A stretch of DNA of 64,000 nt from Eukaryota sp. GEM-RC1 (lineage: Eukaryota). The notes below the pieces were generated by a model that was not told the DNA's origin, did no database searches, and saw only the letters and a program-made list of their open reading frames with translations. This document shows, in pieces, positions 1 to 12,150 of the stretch. Where the stretch lies: positions 2,604,001 through 2,668,000 of the forward strand of contig JAUFOQ010000001.1 in assembly GCA_040285855.1 (NCBI GenBank), in the 5' to 3' direction. Each line of letters opens with the position of its first letter. Within the stretch, counting starts at the first letter, position 1. The position numbers and the translations under genes are program-made.

Positions 1-1955
1 ATTTTTTGACGCAGAAATTCTTCCAATGTGGTCAAAACAACCAACAAATGCTACTTGTTCCTGTCAATAGTGCAATGTGTGATCTTACTGCTGATGGTCG
101 TCATTGGGGTTTAATTATTCTGATCATTTCATCTCCTACAAGTCATATTTTATTCATTGATCCGACCTACGTTGAGGATGATTATGCCAGAGAATTTCCT
201 GCTAACCAAACGCCAGTTGCACTATCTTCCTCCAATTTATTTACAATTGTGTCAAAAATTTATTCAGTGTTGTCAATGTGTGAAACCAGAAATATAGAAT
301 TTATTTCATCAAATATCAAACATACTCTAACTGACTCTGGTTTTTGTGTTCTCGAATACATTGATCTTTTAATGAATTTAGATCAATCTGTGGTCATAAG
401 GTGGACTGATGTTAAAGAACTGCTGGGTAATACCACTATTGCTGTTCACGAGTCTCGAAGTAAAATTTTGGAACATTTTGAAACTTTTAGTCCTGTTGAT
501 TTGTCGCATGTGCCAAAAATGCCAGCCGTCCCTCCAAAACGTTTGTCCAGTTCAAGTGTTTCAACCGGTGCCACTCCTCAAACTAAAGTTTCTGCCATTA
601 ACTTATTGCCACCGACTGTATCAAAACCTGTTCCTGCGTCTCTCACAGGTTTGCGTCTAGCTAGCACTAAAGCATCCACTGGTTTAAGCACCAAAAAAAG
701 TAAACCCAAACTTGCATCACCAAGAGGTTCACCTCGAATTAAACACAAGGAATCCAGAACAACCAACTCCCTTGTATCAACTGGTATCACTCCTCAAACT
801 AACATTTCTGTGACCACCGTATCTGAACCCGTTCCCACGTCTCCAACTCCTAAACCATCAATTACAGAACAAGAACCCAAACAACCACAAAAGTTCTGTG
901 TAATTGAGATAGAAAGTGTGATCTCAGATCCTGAACGCTTGAATCTTAAAGTCGTTCGAGTTAAACAGGAGCCAGAAGTAGACGAAGAGATTGAATCAAC
1001 TTCGGAAGGTATTCCACAAATTCAGGATACTACTTTTGAAATTCAGCGTGATCCAGATTTAGACCCAATTGTGTCAATCTCTCTTCAGTTTACCCATGAT
1101 AAATTTGCAAATGAAACTCACCTATTCACCCATAATGTTTCAGAAATTTCACTTCCTAATTGTGTAGTTCACACGTTTACAACTGAAAAATCAATGTTAA
1201 CAAATTTCATTACATTTTTAAATCTTAACAAGCCCAGTTTGTTAATAAGTTATGATTGGCATTTAGATACTTTTCCGTTTTTTGTATCACGATGTAAAAA
1301 ATTAGAAATTGACATTGATTATACAATTGATGATTACATTTCTTCTCTTCCATCTTGGTTCCATAGATGGTGCAAACCAACGGAAATTGGTCCTTTTATT
1401 CCCTTGACTTGAATTCAGTATTGAAGAAGTTGTATGTCTTTAGAAGAGGTCGGTTTTTGGAAAACGTGACAACAATTATGATGGACATGAATAATCATTC
1501 AAGAACATTTGAAAGTTTTGACAAGGAAAATATCTTCCTTAAGAGAATATTTCATTCTTTAGACAATCCTCTAGTGTCAGATGAAGAAATGAAGGTTAAA
1601 ACCGAAGAACGTCAAAACAAAGCGCCATCTGTGAAACTAAAACCCAAGGCTGTTATGGAGATTCGATTGTTAGCAGAATTAACAAAACTTAATGAACTTT
1701 GGGAATCTAAAACTTCGAGAGACACTTCGAGAGCCACTTTGTTATTGAACTCAATCAATAAGTTGTTTCTAATACAATACATTCTCTTTGATCTTCTCGA
1801 TGAAAAGAAGCAAAAATTAAGAGAACGACCACCAATGAAGGTGGTGAAAAAACGATTAGATAATGTTGTATCAAAGACTAAAGCCAATTGGATGGAGTCT
1901 TGTGCTAAGAGAGCTCATCGTGAGACTTTGTTGCTCTTTAATCTTTCTTTCGAAA
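1..1955 (+). CDS. N-terminal part of a Fanzor1-associated polyprotein: Ulp1/C48-protease-like domain, S/T/P-rich linker, degenerate PolB (DnaQ-like) exonuclease domain, start of Fanzor1 N-terminus; 5' end outside window, one frameshift near 1395
   Basis: ORF 6..1412 has LLVPVN..GRHWGL..FID..DSGFCVLEY, which is C48-like with Ser at the catalytic Cys position. It also has VIEIES..DPDLDPIVSISL..HTFTTEKSMLTNFITFL..KPSLLISYD..FPFFVSRCKKL, resembling the PolB exonuclease. ORF 1367..2014 continues with LDLNSVLKK and ends in KVVKKRLDNVV..CAKRAH, like a Fanzor1 N-terminus. Confidence 0.6.
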
Positions 1956-4703
1956 ATGGCAACTGTTTGGTCCATTCATCTTCAAAATTACGTTTCACAA
2001 CATTGTCTAATTGATTGTGTTCCATAATTTCTTTTTTTAATTCTTTCTCTTCCTTCTGTAACTTCTTCTTCCACAGAGGATCAATGACTTTGACAAAGTC
2101 AGGATTGGAACAGATACCTTCCTGGTTTTCAGCAGCACAAGCAGAGCAACATTTGCTTGTCATAAATTCATCAACTAAGAAAACTTTAAATCCAAATTTT
2201 CTTAGCAAGTTTCGAAGAGTAGCTCCTTTTACTGTACTTGCCTTACCCCTTCTTCTTCGGAATAGAGTGTCATTCCAATCCCCAAAACCAACAACGACTT
2301 CAGTGGGATCACCATATTGGAGAGCTAATCTGTGGACCAAGTTTTGTTCACTTCGTTCTTTTCTTGAATACTGGGTAAGGCGTCTACGTCTAAAAAATTT
2401 CTCTTCATAAAGACCTTCAGCTGCAGCAGGTATTTGTTGAGTTGGTCCTTTCTTAGGTAGTTTCTTAGATAGTGCTTTCTTAGATAGATTCTTTGATGGT
2501 CCTTTCTTTTGATGTAATCCTTCAGCAGTTGCTTTTCCAGTTGTGGTTGATCTCATTAATGCACAGAAAACTTCATTGTTAACCATGTATCTTGAAAATT
2601 CTTCCAATTTACAAGACTTTTTTCTTGGAGTATCAGAACTGTAGGAATCCAGTATTTTCTGACCATTCCACACACTCTTCTCAAACTCAGTTGAGTACCT
2701 CTGTAATCGTTCGCTTTCGGTCAATTTGACAATTCCTCTGTTGCCACGCTTTCTTTCAAGTTTTTGAAATTTCGTTTTTTCCTTCGTTCTTTTTTAGCTT
2801 TTTTTCTTTTTTTTCTTTCTTTGTCAATTCTTTTGGAACTGTGATGGCTGATTTTTTTCTTGGTTTCCATCTAGATTTGTTAATATCTGCCTTTCTCTCC
2901 CCAGCAGTGTATCGGAACACCTTCCATTTGTCACGATTTTTCCACTTTACAGGTTGTGGGTTAGTGTCTTGCTTCCAATCATTTAATTGTTTTTTCATTT
3001 TTTCAAACTTCCCCTTTTCTTAGAAGACAATGGAGCAATCTTTCTTTTTCTAACTTGGGTAACTGACTTGGGCTCAATTTCCTTCTCACCTGAGGAATCA
3101 TCTTTCTCACCTGAAGAATCAATAGATTGTTCATAGGAAGCAAGATCAATTTCTGTAACACAAGCATTAGTCATTCCATTTTTTATCAATTGTTTTGTTT
3201 CATCAACTTCAAATTTCTCACACGCCTCTTCCTCATCAGTTTTTAAACTGGCACAATACATGAGATCATGTTGGTTGGGATCAACAGCAACAATTCTCTT
3301 AGATTTTAAATTCAGTTCTTCAATTTCATCTTCACCTAAGGAATCAATATATCGTTCAATTGAAGCAAGATTAACTGCTGTAACATTTTCACGGGCATTT
3401 CCATTTTCATCAAGTAAATCTTTCCTCATCATTAACAAACTACAACTTAAACCGTCTGACAAAATTGAAGTGTATTTAAAGTCATAGGATAATGACTCTG
3501 GAATAGCCTGAGGTTTTAAAATTGAATCCCAAATATTCTTCCGTACTTCATTATATTTAACAGGTTGGGTAATATCCCTACGAAATATTTCGTGAAACCA
3601 TTGCGTATCGAACCTGATATGATTTGGAATTAAAGATTTAGACAATGAAAAGGATTGTTGGCTCTTACACCAGGACAATAGTCTTCAATGAGACGGTTCA
3701 AATACAATGCATGACTTAAAAAGTATAACGGATCACTCTTTTCAGCATAGTAGATCGTTTTCTCCATCTCCTTCAAAATAATTAAACAAATAATTGAAGA
3801 ATAATATACTCAAGTGAGATTCCGGATTGGTAAAAACTTGCTTGTCATCAAAATTAATTTTGGAAATTTCACCATTAATGATCAATTCTCTAACTTCATT
3901 AATCCTTTGACAGAGTTCTTGTCTTTCAGTTTTGTCGGTGAGAGCTTCCATTCTCTCTTTCTTTTGAGTAACCAAATTAAAAACTTGAAAAACATACTCA
4001 TGAAAGTGTTGGCTCATGTTGTTCTTATAATTAGTAATAATTTCGGTTGCAACGTAACCGAGAGGATTAGCCAAATATAATCCACTTGGAAACACGATCC
4101 TATCTTTACCAACCATTTCACCAGCAGTTTCTAACAGAGGGATGTAGTTTGATAGGAAGTGTTGGGCGAACTCCTTCTTTGTAGTTGTTGTTTTTACATT
4201 AGAAATGATGTTTTGTAAAGAGTTTTCCACAGTTTTAATATGATCAGTACTGTTGAAAAATTGGTGATTTGGAATCCACATCATGGCCAACAGTTGTCCC
4301 ATTGGACCCAACTTAAAGTAAGCTCCCCAGTCTGGTAATTCAAATTTGGTGGTTTGAATTTTAGTAAAAGGTCAAGTTCAGGTTCACCAGTTTCATTTTC
4401 AATACTGTCTTCTTCTAAAATTGCACCGTCTTCATCTAAAATTTCAAATCTAATCGTACGGTCGCAAACAAAATGAGGGTCTGAAGATACAGACAATTCA
4501 GTTTCTTCTTCTAATTGTTGAGGCACAAACTCTTCACTTAAAATTTCTGTTTGTTCAGTGTCTGAAACTTCAGTGTCTGTTTCAATTTCTTCTTTAACAG
4601 TGGGAGGTAGTATCTCTTTGACCTTGTCGAAAATTAGAGAGTTGTGAAACTTAGTAACGAAAAAATGTTTCAACATATGAGTACCACGAACTCTGACTTC
4701 CAT
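1956..4703 (-). CDS. Fanzor1 (TnpB-like RuvC nuclease) central body, inverted relative to both ends of the gene and split by several 1-nt frameshifts
   Basis: Collinear ORF pieces 4703-4281, 4311-3742, 3678-2995, 2998-2756 and 2724-1915 carry Fanzor1 motifs in order: EIITNYKNNMSQHFHEYV, IYY..DPLYFL, IPNHIRFDT, SILSDGLSCSLL, RuvC-I IVAVDPN (D at 3280-3282), VFRYT, VVGFGDW, RuvC-II FLVDEFMTSKCCSAC (E at 2167-2169). Confidence 0.9.
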
Positions 4704-5089
4704 GGGGCTTAGTTCAGTGTGCTAAATGTCATGTCCTCTGGAATAGAGACTTCAATTCTGCTATTAACATTTATAACATTGTACATGGAATTATCCAAGG
4801 TCAAGGTAGACCTGCTGTCCTCGAGAGACCAAAATCTCAAACAATAACTATCGAGGATGGTGGGATTACAGATCAGGTTCCCAAGAAGAAGAGTGTGAGT
4901 AAGTGTCAGTTTTGTCATATGGAAGGCCATACAACGGCAAAGTGTCCTCAAAGACCTGTGCCTCCTAAAAGTCCTCGTACATGTACGATATGTAGACAAC
5001 CAGGACATGATAGAAGAAATTGCCCAAGTAAGGCCCAGAAAGATGTACCCAAAGACTCACAAGTAGAGAATGAAGAACCGGAATCCTGA
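4700..5089 (+). CDS. Fanzor1 C-terminus (second CxxC of the Zn finger, RuvC-III) plus two CCHC zinc knuckles
   Basis: Manual translation from 4700 gives PWGLVQCAKCHVLWNRDFNSAINIYNIVHGIIQGQGRPAVLER (D at 4748-4750). This is in frame with ORF 4895..5089, which contains CQFCHMEGHTTAKC and CTICRQPGHDRRNC. Confidence 0.9.
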   Translation, partial: PWGLVQCAKCHVLWNRDFNSAINIYNIVHGIIQGQGRPAVLERPKSQTITIEDGGITDQVPKKKSVSKCQFCHMEGHTTAKCPQRPVPPKSPRTCTICRQPGHDRRNCPSKAQKDVPKDSQVENEEPES

Positions 5090-5215
5090 ATCTTATAAGT
5101 TAGCTCGTCCTAAAAGGCTTGCAAATGAGTGGCACAATGTGTCAAACTGTGGTGATAGTGCATTATGCATTTGAAATGAAATCCACAGTAGATGCTTTTC
5201 TTTTGTATTCACAAA
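5090..5215 (+). ncRNA. Candidate Fanzor omegaRNA scaffold / element 3' end
   Basis: Lies directly after the Fanzor stop. Visible pairings: GCTCGT/ATGAGT enclosing CCT-AAA-AGG, GGCAC-AAT-GTGTC, and ACTGTGG(5146-5152)/CCACAGT(5183-5189) enclosing TGCA-TTA-TGCA. Boundaries are unknown. Confidence 0.35.
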
Positions 5216-5752
5216 TTAAAGATGACAATCCACAACCACATCGGCAATTATCCATTTTCAACGAATTAATCTTTACTTTACTGTCACCTGTTTGTCCCTA
5301 AGTTTGCGTTCTTGTTATTGTGTACGCTGACTCTTTAAAGATTTTGAAGTTATTAGAACTAGATTTTAAGTCAGCCGAATTTTGACCATTATAGTAGAAC
5401 TAACTTGTAAGGTACACCTATGCACCACAATATATTATTAAAATAACATCTAGTAGCACTGTAAATTTATGGTTATAAATGTATTTTGAAACAGTTGTAT
5501 TTGGCGACCCGAGAGTACAGTATGAACCGACCATCGTTTTTTATCAGTACCAATTTCATCTGAAAGTTGGAAGAAGACTATGAGAATTGATATTATTATC
5601 ATCACTTTAATGACTTATGAAGAGGTTCAATTTTCTCATTGAATCTATCATATTTAAATAGTTCATTCGTAACGCCTCATATCGAGTCGTGCAAAAGACT
5701 TTGATCTGTACTGAAGAAATTTTTTAGAACTAACTAAAAGAACGAATGAACT

Positions 5753-7260
5753 TTATTCAACGATTTCAAGTACGTGATCTCTATGATACAACATAGCAAA
5801 TGGATAATAATTACCACTACTTAATCTGGGAAGAGTTCCAGTAAGATTAATTGAAGAATTACTCACAGATTTAATTGTTAAATTGTGATTGATGAGATTT
5901 ACATTGATTTCGAGTAATTCACCAGGATTCCACTGAGTTTTGTTTCCTGAGAGACAGCCATAAACACTATTACCATTGAGAAAACAGTGAGCATTCAAAT
6001 AACAATGACCTTCAACACTAAACTTTGACTCGTCAATGACTCCAACATAAAGATTATTAGTATTCCCATGGTACCTCAACTTCCAAGTATACTCATTATT
6101 TGGAAGAAGTGGATCTTCTCCTAAGATATTTCTATACCAAATACCACCACTTCCAAAAACAACTCTCTTTCTATCCCCACTAACTTGTAACTGAGGATGT
6201 TTCTTAGTTGGGGAGAATCTAATCACTTTTGATTGAGGAACCGATTGAGACATCATTTGAGTTTCTATAGTTGTCTTTTTAAGTTGTTCAATTTCTTGTT
6301 TTAGTTTAGTGATTTCGTTAGAATTTGTAGTATTTAAATTCTGAATATCAGTTGTTAAGACAGCATTTTTGTTTCTAACTCAGAAATTGTTGTCTTCAAA
6401 TCATGATTTTCGGTTGTTAAATAAGAATTGTTGCTTTCTAAATCCGAACATTTGGTAGTTAATTCAGAATTTTGAATGTTCAAATCAGAATTTTCATTCA
6501 CTAAAGAGTCAAAAAAAAGATTCTTAACTCTTGTAAACAAAAACTTCATCAAATCGGCTTCCAATTCTTTAACATCTTTTAAAGGAACAAACAGAAACTC
6601 ATTCCATTGTTTAAAAGAAAAGGCTTCAATTGAACAAGAATTTAAAACATTTAAAAATTCATTCAAATCAAAACTTTGATTCAAAATTGATTCCACCATT
6701 GATTTGACGAACCACGATTGTGATTGAGTGAAAGTGCAGTATTTGGAAAGTGTTTGTAACCCTTCAGTAGTGATTGCCATCACGTCATCAATCACAAGGT
6801 CGTCAATCTTAGGAAAGAAAGGACCAACGAATTCCAGAGCTCTCAAGTCATTTCTTTCATCTGCTTCTTTAATAAATGGTTTTAACCAAGCCCATGTCAT
6901 GAGATTAGTGTTGAGGTGGTTTTCCATCTGTACAATCAGTTTGTCCACTTGGAAGTAGTGAACGAGATAGAAGAAGTCGTATGCATTGTTCTCGTTGAGA
7001 GTGAAAGATTGTCCGAAGAAGGACTTGATGAAGGCAAGAAAGTTGCTAGAATCAACAGGGAGATGGGAGAAGTCGATTGGTTTTCGTCCCTATCACCAAA
7101 CTCCAAGAACCAAAGAGACCGGAAGTAGGTAGAATGAGCAGCAAGGATGATTCTGTGTACTTCAATAGACTCTTCGCCAAATGTAATGGTTTGATTGCAT
7201 AGGGAAGGTTCATTTAGAATGATAGAAAGAGTATCTGAAGGGGGGAAGGGAGAATGACAT
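5753..7260 (-). CDS. BTB/POZ + coiled-coil + SPRY/B30.2-like protein, family A copy 1 (two 1-nt frameshifts near 7240 and 6365)
   Basis: Highly similar to the intact copies at 21662 and 48220. ATG at 7260; ORF pieces 6355..6948 and 5753..6256. Confidence 0.8.
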
Positions 7261-9576
7261 CAGAAGTAAAGTATAAGGAGATGAGAAATTGGTTGATTCT
7301 ACTACTGAGTTCAATCCCAAAGGGACATGCCCATGGATGTTGCTTTTGACCTGGAAATGTAGAGAACATACATTAGTATGAATGCAATTAAGGTGGCTTG
7401 TTATAACAATTATTTTCTTACAGCTTTATTACAACTTACCTAAATGTGCGAATCTTATCATAATAGTATCTTTTTTTTGTTGAACTACATGTAGCAGTTT
7501 TTATTAACAACAACACTGCAGTTTACATACATCTAATAATCAATATCCTCAAAGTCCAGATTGCCTATCTGGAAATTATCACCTACCTTGTCCTCATAAT
7601 GTCTGCCAAGAGATAATAAAGCGCTAGACATAGAAGTCACCATACCTTTAAAGAGAACAAACACAATTCGATTTTTCCAAAATCTAAGATCAAATGTCTT
7701 AGATGTTTTTCTTTTACAATCTTCACAAAGAATTCAAGTAATGATGTGGCCGATTCACCTAAAGAACCGTACAGTAAAAAATACAACAGGGTAAAACAAG
7801 TAATTCGAGTGTGGAACTGAATTGAATAATTTCAATTTAGCACAATATTTTTCCATTTTTAATGTAATTAAGGTAATTTGATCAACCCTTCGTTTAAGTC
7901 AAATAAATAGTTACATAAATTGGGGTTAATAAGTGAAATATCATTAGGAAATCGATTGACAATAGAATCTATTATATTAAGAATATCATCATTAGATCAT
8001 AATAGATCATACTTGTGGACCACACTACTTTTGTCAGTGTGATCAGATTCACAACCACAATCACATCACACGTGTTTCTGTGATCACAATACTGTGTATT
8101 TTCAAAAATACAGCACATGAATTGTACTTATACTTTAAGATTCGATAACATGACTTCTTTCTATTGCAAACAGAATCAATTTCACTGCCTGAGACCAATC
8201 TACATCAATGTAGTCCCCCATATTTGCTTCTTGAAATGAAATGAATCATCGTCAGTCTGTTATCCAAATGATCGTTTGTGATCTTTTACCTTCCCTGTGG
8301 CAACTGTTATCAAATTGTAACCAGTTCCTTACGGTTGTAAGTGCTAATTTCAGTATTACCTGTCTGTCTTTGAGCTATTCGACTCAACTACGCCTACTGA
8401 TCATCAGCAACAGAACACCACCATTGATGGAAATCAAAGATTTCAGAAACACTAAGTTAAGTGCCCACTGGTCAGTAAGATGTTGTTCAAACCCTACAAA
8501 ACTTGTAAAGAGATTAGTCACACACTTTGGGAAATTAGAGTTGTTGTAAAATTCAAATATGCGTTTCTTGAGTATAAAATGTAGGAAACAACAATCTAGC
8601 ACAAGACAGATGATGGTTGGTTATAGTCCATTTTCTGATTCGCATATCAACCTTAATACGTACACTGTTGTTGGTCTATTCAACTTGAGCTCTACATGTA
8701 GTTCATGTCTAATTCTTAGTCACCAGAAAAGATAGACTTTGATGTCAACGATGTATCTTCCCGTACTATAATATGATCAAATGTTCATGATCAGTTACTG
8801 ATAATGCAGCGTCCAGTGATGTTGAATTTGAATTTGAAGGAAAAATAGAAGTGATAATTAATTTTTCGGCATTGTATCTGAATTAATACAAACATTACAA
8901 TAATTAATATAAACATACAACAGTTCTGAAGAAAATCGACCTAAGCGTCTTCAATTTTCAAGCCTCACTATTAAGATAAAAACCATAGGATTCAATTTGT
9001 TCAGAAATAAATATACCCAAACAGTGTTATTTTTAATTTTTAAATAAGAAGTTATAGTGATATACATGTACTTGATTTCAGAAAAAGATGCTTTCACTTT
9101 GATTACAAGATGTACTACCAGATGTCAAGTAGAGAAATCAACTACTGAACCGTCAATACAACATCTAATACTACTAGTCCAATACATAATGAGGTACTTG
9201 ATTGGTTTACGTAATGTCTGGCTGGCACTGCAACTGGGTTCGTACTGACACGTAGTGTTTGGATTTATCCTTTTAGCTATAATGAGTTTTGTAATATAAT
9301 CAACTGTTTGGGTAAAAAGTACCACTGTGAAATAATTCGGGTTCTTCTCTACCACTATTCTCAACATTGATCTTCATTTACTAGTAAAAAACGTAATAAA
9401 TAATTAAATTGACTAATTACACCACTGAATTTAATATAAATGAATTTATATTTACAACATGCACCACATGTGAAATGCACCACACATATTCAAACACAGA
9501 CTGTCTCTGCATGATTTGAACACCATTCTGTCTTCGAAACGTAGACGTAAACTTCTTCCTTTAAACGGGAAACAAC

Positions 9577-10264
9577 CATAGTTTTCAATTAGTAATTCCC
9601 AGTAATCGTAATTCTAGGAATTCCTGATGATATTTTTGTAACGTCAGAATTACTGGAATTTCAGGAATTCCTAGAATTCCTGGATTTCTTTTGCTGCGGC
9701 GTGGTTTCGTTATGCCCACCTCCAAGAGACATCCCCCACAAGTGTCAACTGGCCTATGGCCTTTCTCACCTAGTACGTTTCTTCCACCATCAAAATCCGC
9801 TGTTATTGACATCACTGACTCAGGTGATGAAGAAATAAGTTCTCCGCATGTACCGCTATCTCAACCCATAACTTCTTCACGTATCACTCCAACTGAATTG
9901 TCAGTGGCCTCGTCACCTACAAACCTATCTGCACACACTCTGAACAACTCGACGAGATCTCAAGGGTGGCAATCACACACTCCGTATCGCTCACTAGATC
10001 CAATTTGGAACTTTGTACTAGTCAACAATAAACGAGGCAGTACTATGGATCTACGTTGTATAAGTTGTAATCACTCAGTTAAAAATACCAACATCACCAA
10101 GTTCAGAAAATCTCATATATACTTAATAAATACGCATGTACGAATTGAAATTTTACGTACTAGTACCTCCAGTAATTCTAGGAATTCCAGGAATTACTGT
10201 AGTAATCATAATACTAGGAATTCTAGGAATTCCTGAGACATGAAGCCAGTAATTGAAAAGTATG
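9577..10264 (+). mobile_element. Non-autonomous hAT derivative carrying a BED-finger remnant, inserted in an older hAT transposase relic
   Basis: TIRs CATAGTTTTCAATTA / TAATTGAAAAGTATG; near-perfect 8-bp TSD GAAACAAC/AAAACAAC; subterminal AATTCC/TAGG repeats; DPIWNF..CISCNH..KSH BED-like motif. Confidence 0.75.
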
Positions 10265-10595
10265 AAAACAACCCATCATCAATACTTTACATGATTCTTT
10301 TAATCGACTATCAACATTTTTATATAACTCCTTCCCACAACTCTCTTCGCACCAGTCTTCTCAAAGATGTCAGAAATAGGATATTAAAACCACTTGCTTT
10401 TCTATCACCAAACACAGACGTTGAGGTAAATGGATGGACTTTTGTCCCTGATGAAATGGACTGAACCTTCGACAAATCTGTTAATTAACTGCATCATCGT
10501 TTCAGGTAGTGAAGCCATGTTTTACAACTGCACCAACACTGAAGGAAAAAACAAAGATGGTGTTTCTATGAAGGCGATGTTGTCCTCAAACTAGC
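10265..10595 (+). pseudogene. hAT (DUF659-type) transposase relic; copies at 26626-26954 and 32962-33290
   Basis: PSHNSLRTSLLK..GWTLVPDGWT..LINCII..FYNCTNTQGKNK resembles the DUF659 SDGW catalytic region. Confidence 0.65.
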
Positions 10596-12150
10596 TGAAA
10601 ACCCCAAAAGACTCAATGGAGCAAGGCGTTACCCTTTTCAAATCGTAATAACTTATCCCATCATCACTAAAGTCCAGATACTAAAGCTCCTCTCTGAAAT
10701 CAAGACTTCTTGCTTCACTGGTTTGCCCAAACCCTTTCAAACTACTTCCGTCAACCCTGACTTTCTCAAAGCTGTCACTGCACTTGATAACCAAGAAGCT
10801 GTTCTTGACGCTGTACTTGAGTACGATCACAACAATCGTTACTGCCTAGGTAGACGGAAAGACGAAACAACATCATGGGAACCTCATCATACCAAATCCA
10901 AAACAGAGAGATTACAGGGCTTCACATAATTTAAATTAGTTTTATTATTCAGCAAAGAATTTAATCCAATAATTATCGTGGTCTTGCTTGATCCATAGAG
11001 ATCATTTTTGATTGAGAGTTAGCGCAACGAAAAAGACCAGTGAAATGGAAAGTAGAATCAAAGTTCTCATTCTTTGCCTTTTATAGCTACATAAACTATT
11101 TGTTAGCTTTACTACATCACAGACATTTCCCAGATTACTCTCTTGACTTTATGTTAGAAGAACAACTAGGAATTACAGAGAAAGACTTACAGCTGCCAAC
11201 AAGTTTTTTGAAAACTGGAGAGATCAATCCTATGTTGATGATTTATCATAAGATTGCAGTTGAATGAAGGTAGAAGAACAGTGTTTTTAAGATACTGAAT
11301 ATTTAAATGTTAATTCTGAATCTGAAATTAGACGAGTCCGATGCCTACTCTCCAAGACGAAAACTTGGCACTGATCTCATTCTTCTCCAATACTTTGACT
11401 GTTAGAAATAAATAACCAAACTCTTTGGTACATTTAAATAAATTGAATATTGTCTTTAAAGAACCAACAATGAAGAAAATTACTCTCAACATTAATAAAT
11501 GAAATGATTTAAATGAAATATTTAAAAAGTTAATAGTGAATTCGACAACTCATTGGCAACTAATTTCATCAGTAGACTCACAATTCCATTCCAATTTAAT
11601 TCCAATATTATATGTTCAGAAACAACAATTTGCCGAATCTGTGTGCAAAATCAAAATAAAGTTAATATGATTCAATTATAAATTAAATGATGTCATGCGT
11701 ACCGTGATTTTGCTCTGAATTTTGGACATAACACACATGGAGACAAAGATTTTGTCATCCTAATGATGAGGTAATGTAAGCTAAAATGGCCATAGAAACG
11801 ATCCATTTGTAGTGGTGAGATGTCTGAATAACATCTTTGGAATTATATCGACGATGAGTTTAGTTTAGTTTAGTTTCAAATCCTTGTTGATCAGTCAGAC
11901 GAAAAGAGGTTTGAAGACAACAGAGAGCAGAACTGGATGAAGAGGGCGTGGAAAACGACAAGTAGGTTTGGAGAATCGGATACGATTGTAACAATCAGGT
12001 ATACACTGGAAAACGAAAAGAATGAACAACACAAAGATCAAGAAAAACTGTAGAAATGACAGTAAAGAAGAGAAACAGAATAAAGAAGACCATCAAAAAG
12101 CAACGTCTTCTCTACAAGTCCAAGTTTCCACTCAATCCCTCAGTTTCAAG

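Noticed and set aside
895..1500. Functional DNA polymerase B or Polinton/Maverick element
   Set aside because: Only an exonuclease-like domain with altered acidic motifs is present; no polymerase, capsid or ATPase motifs were seen.
1612..1955. TGA read-through giving the Fanzor C-terminus on the minus strand (alternative genetic code)
   Set aside because: No CxxC or NRD follows in the minus-strand frames I checked. The true end is on the plus strand at 4703, and TGA terminates other genes here.
1956..4703. Site-specific invertase (phase-variation) sites
   Set aside because: Inverted identity is only 4 bp and no recombinase is visible in the window.
7985..8095. GATCA-repeat element ending GTGATCACAATACTG (also ~24440-24556 and ~30645-30786)
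   Set aside because: Only one TIR-like end was found; no partner end or TSD.
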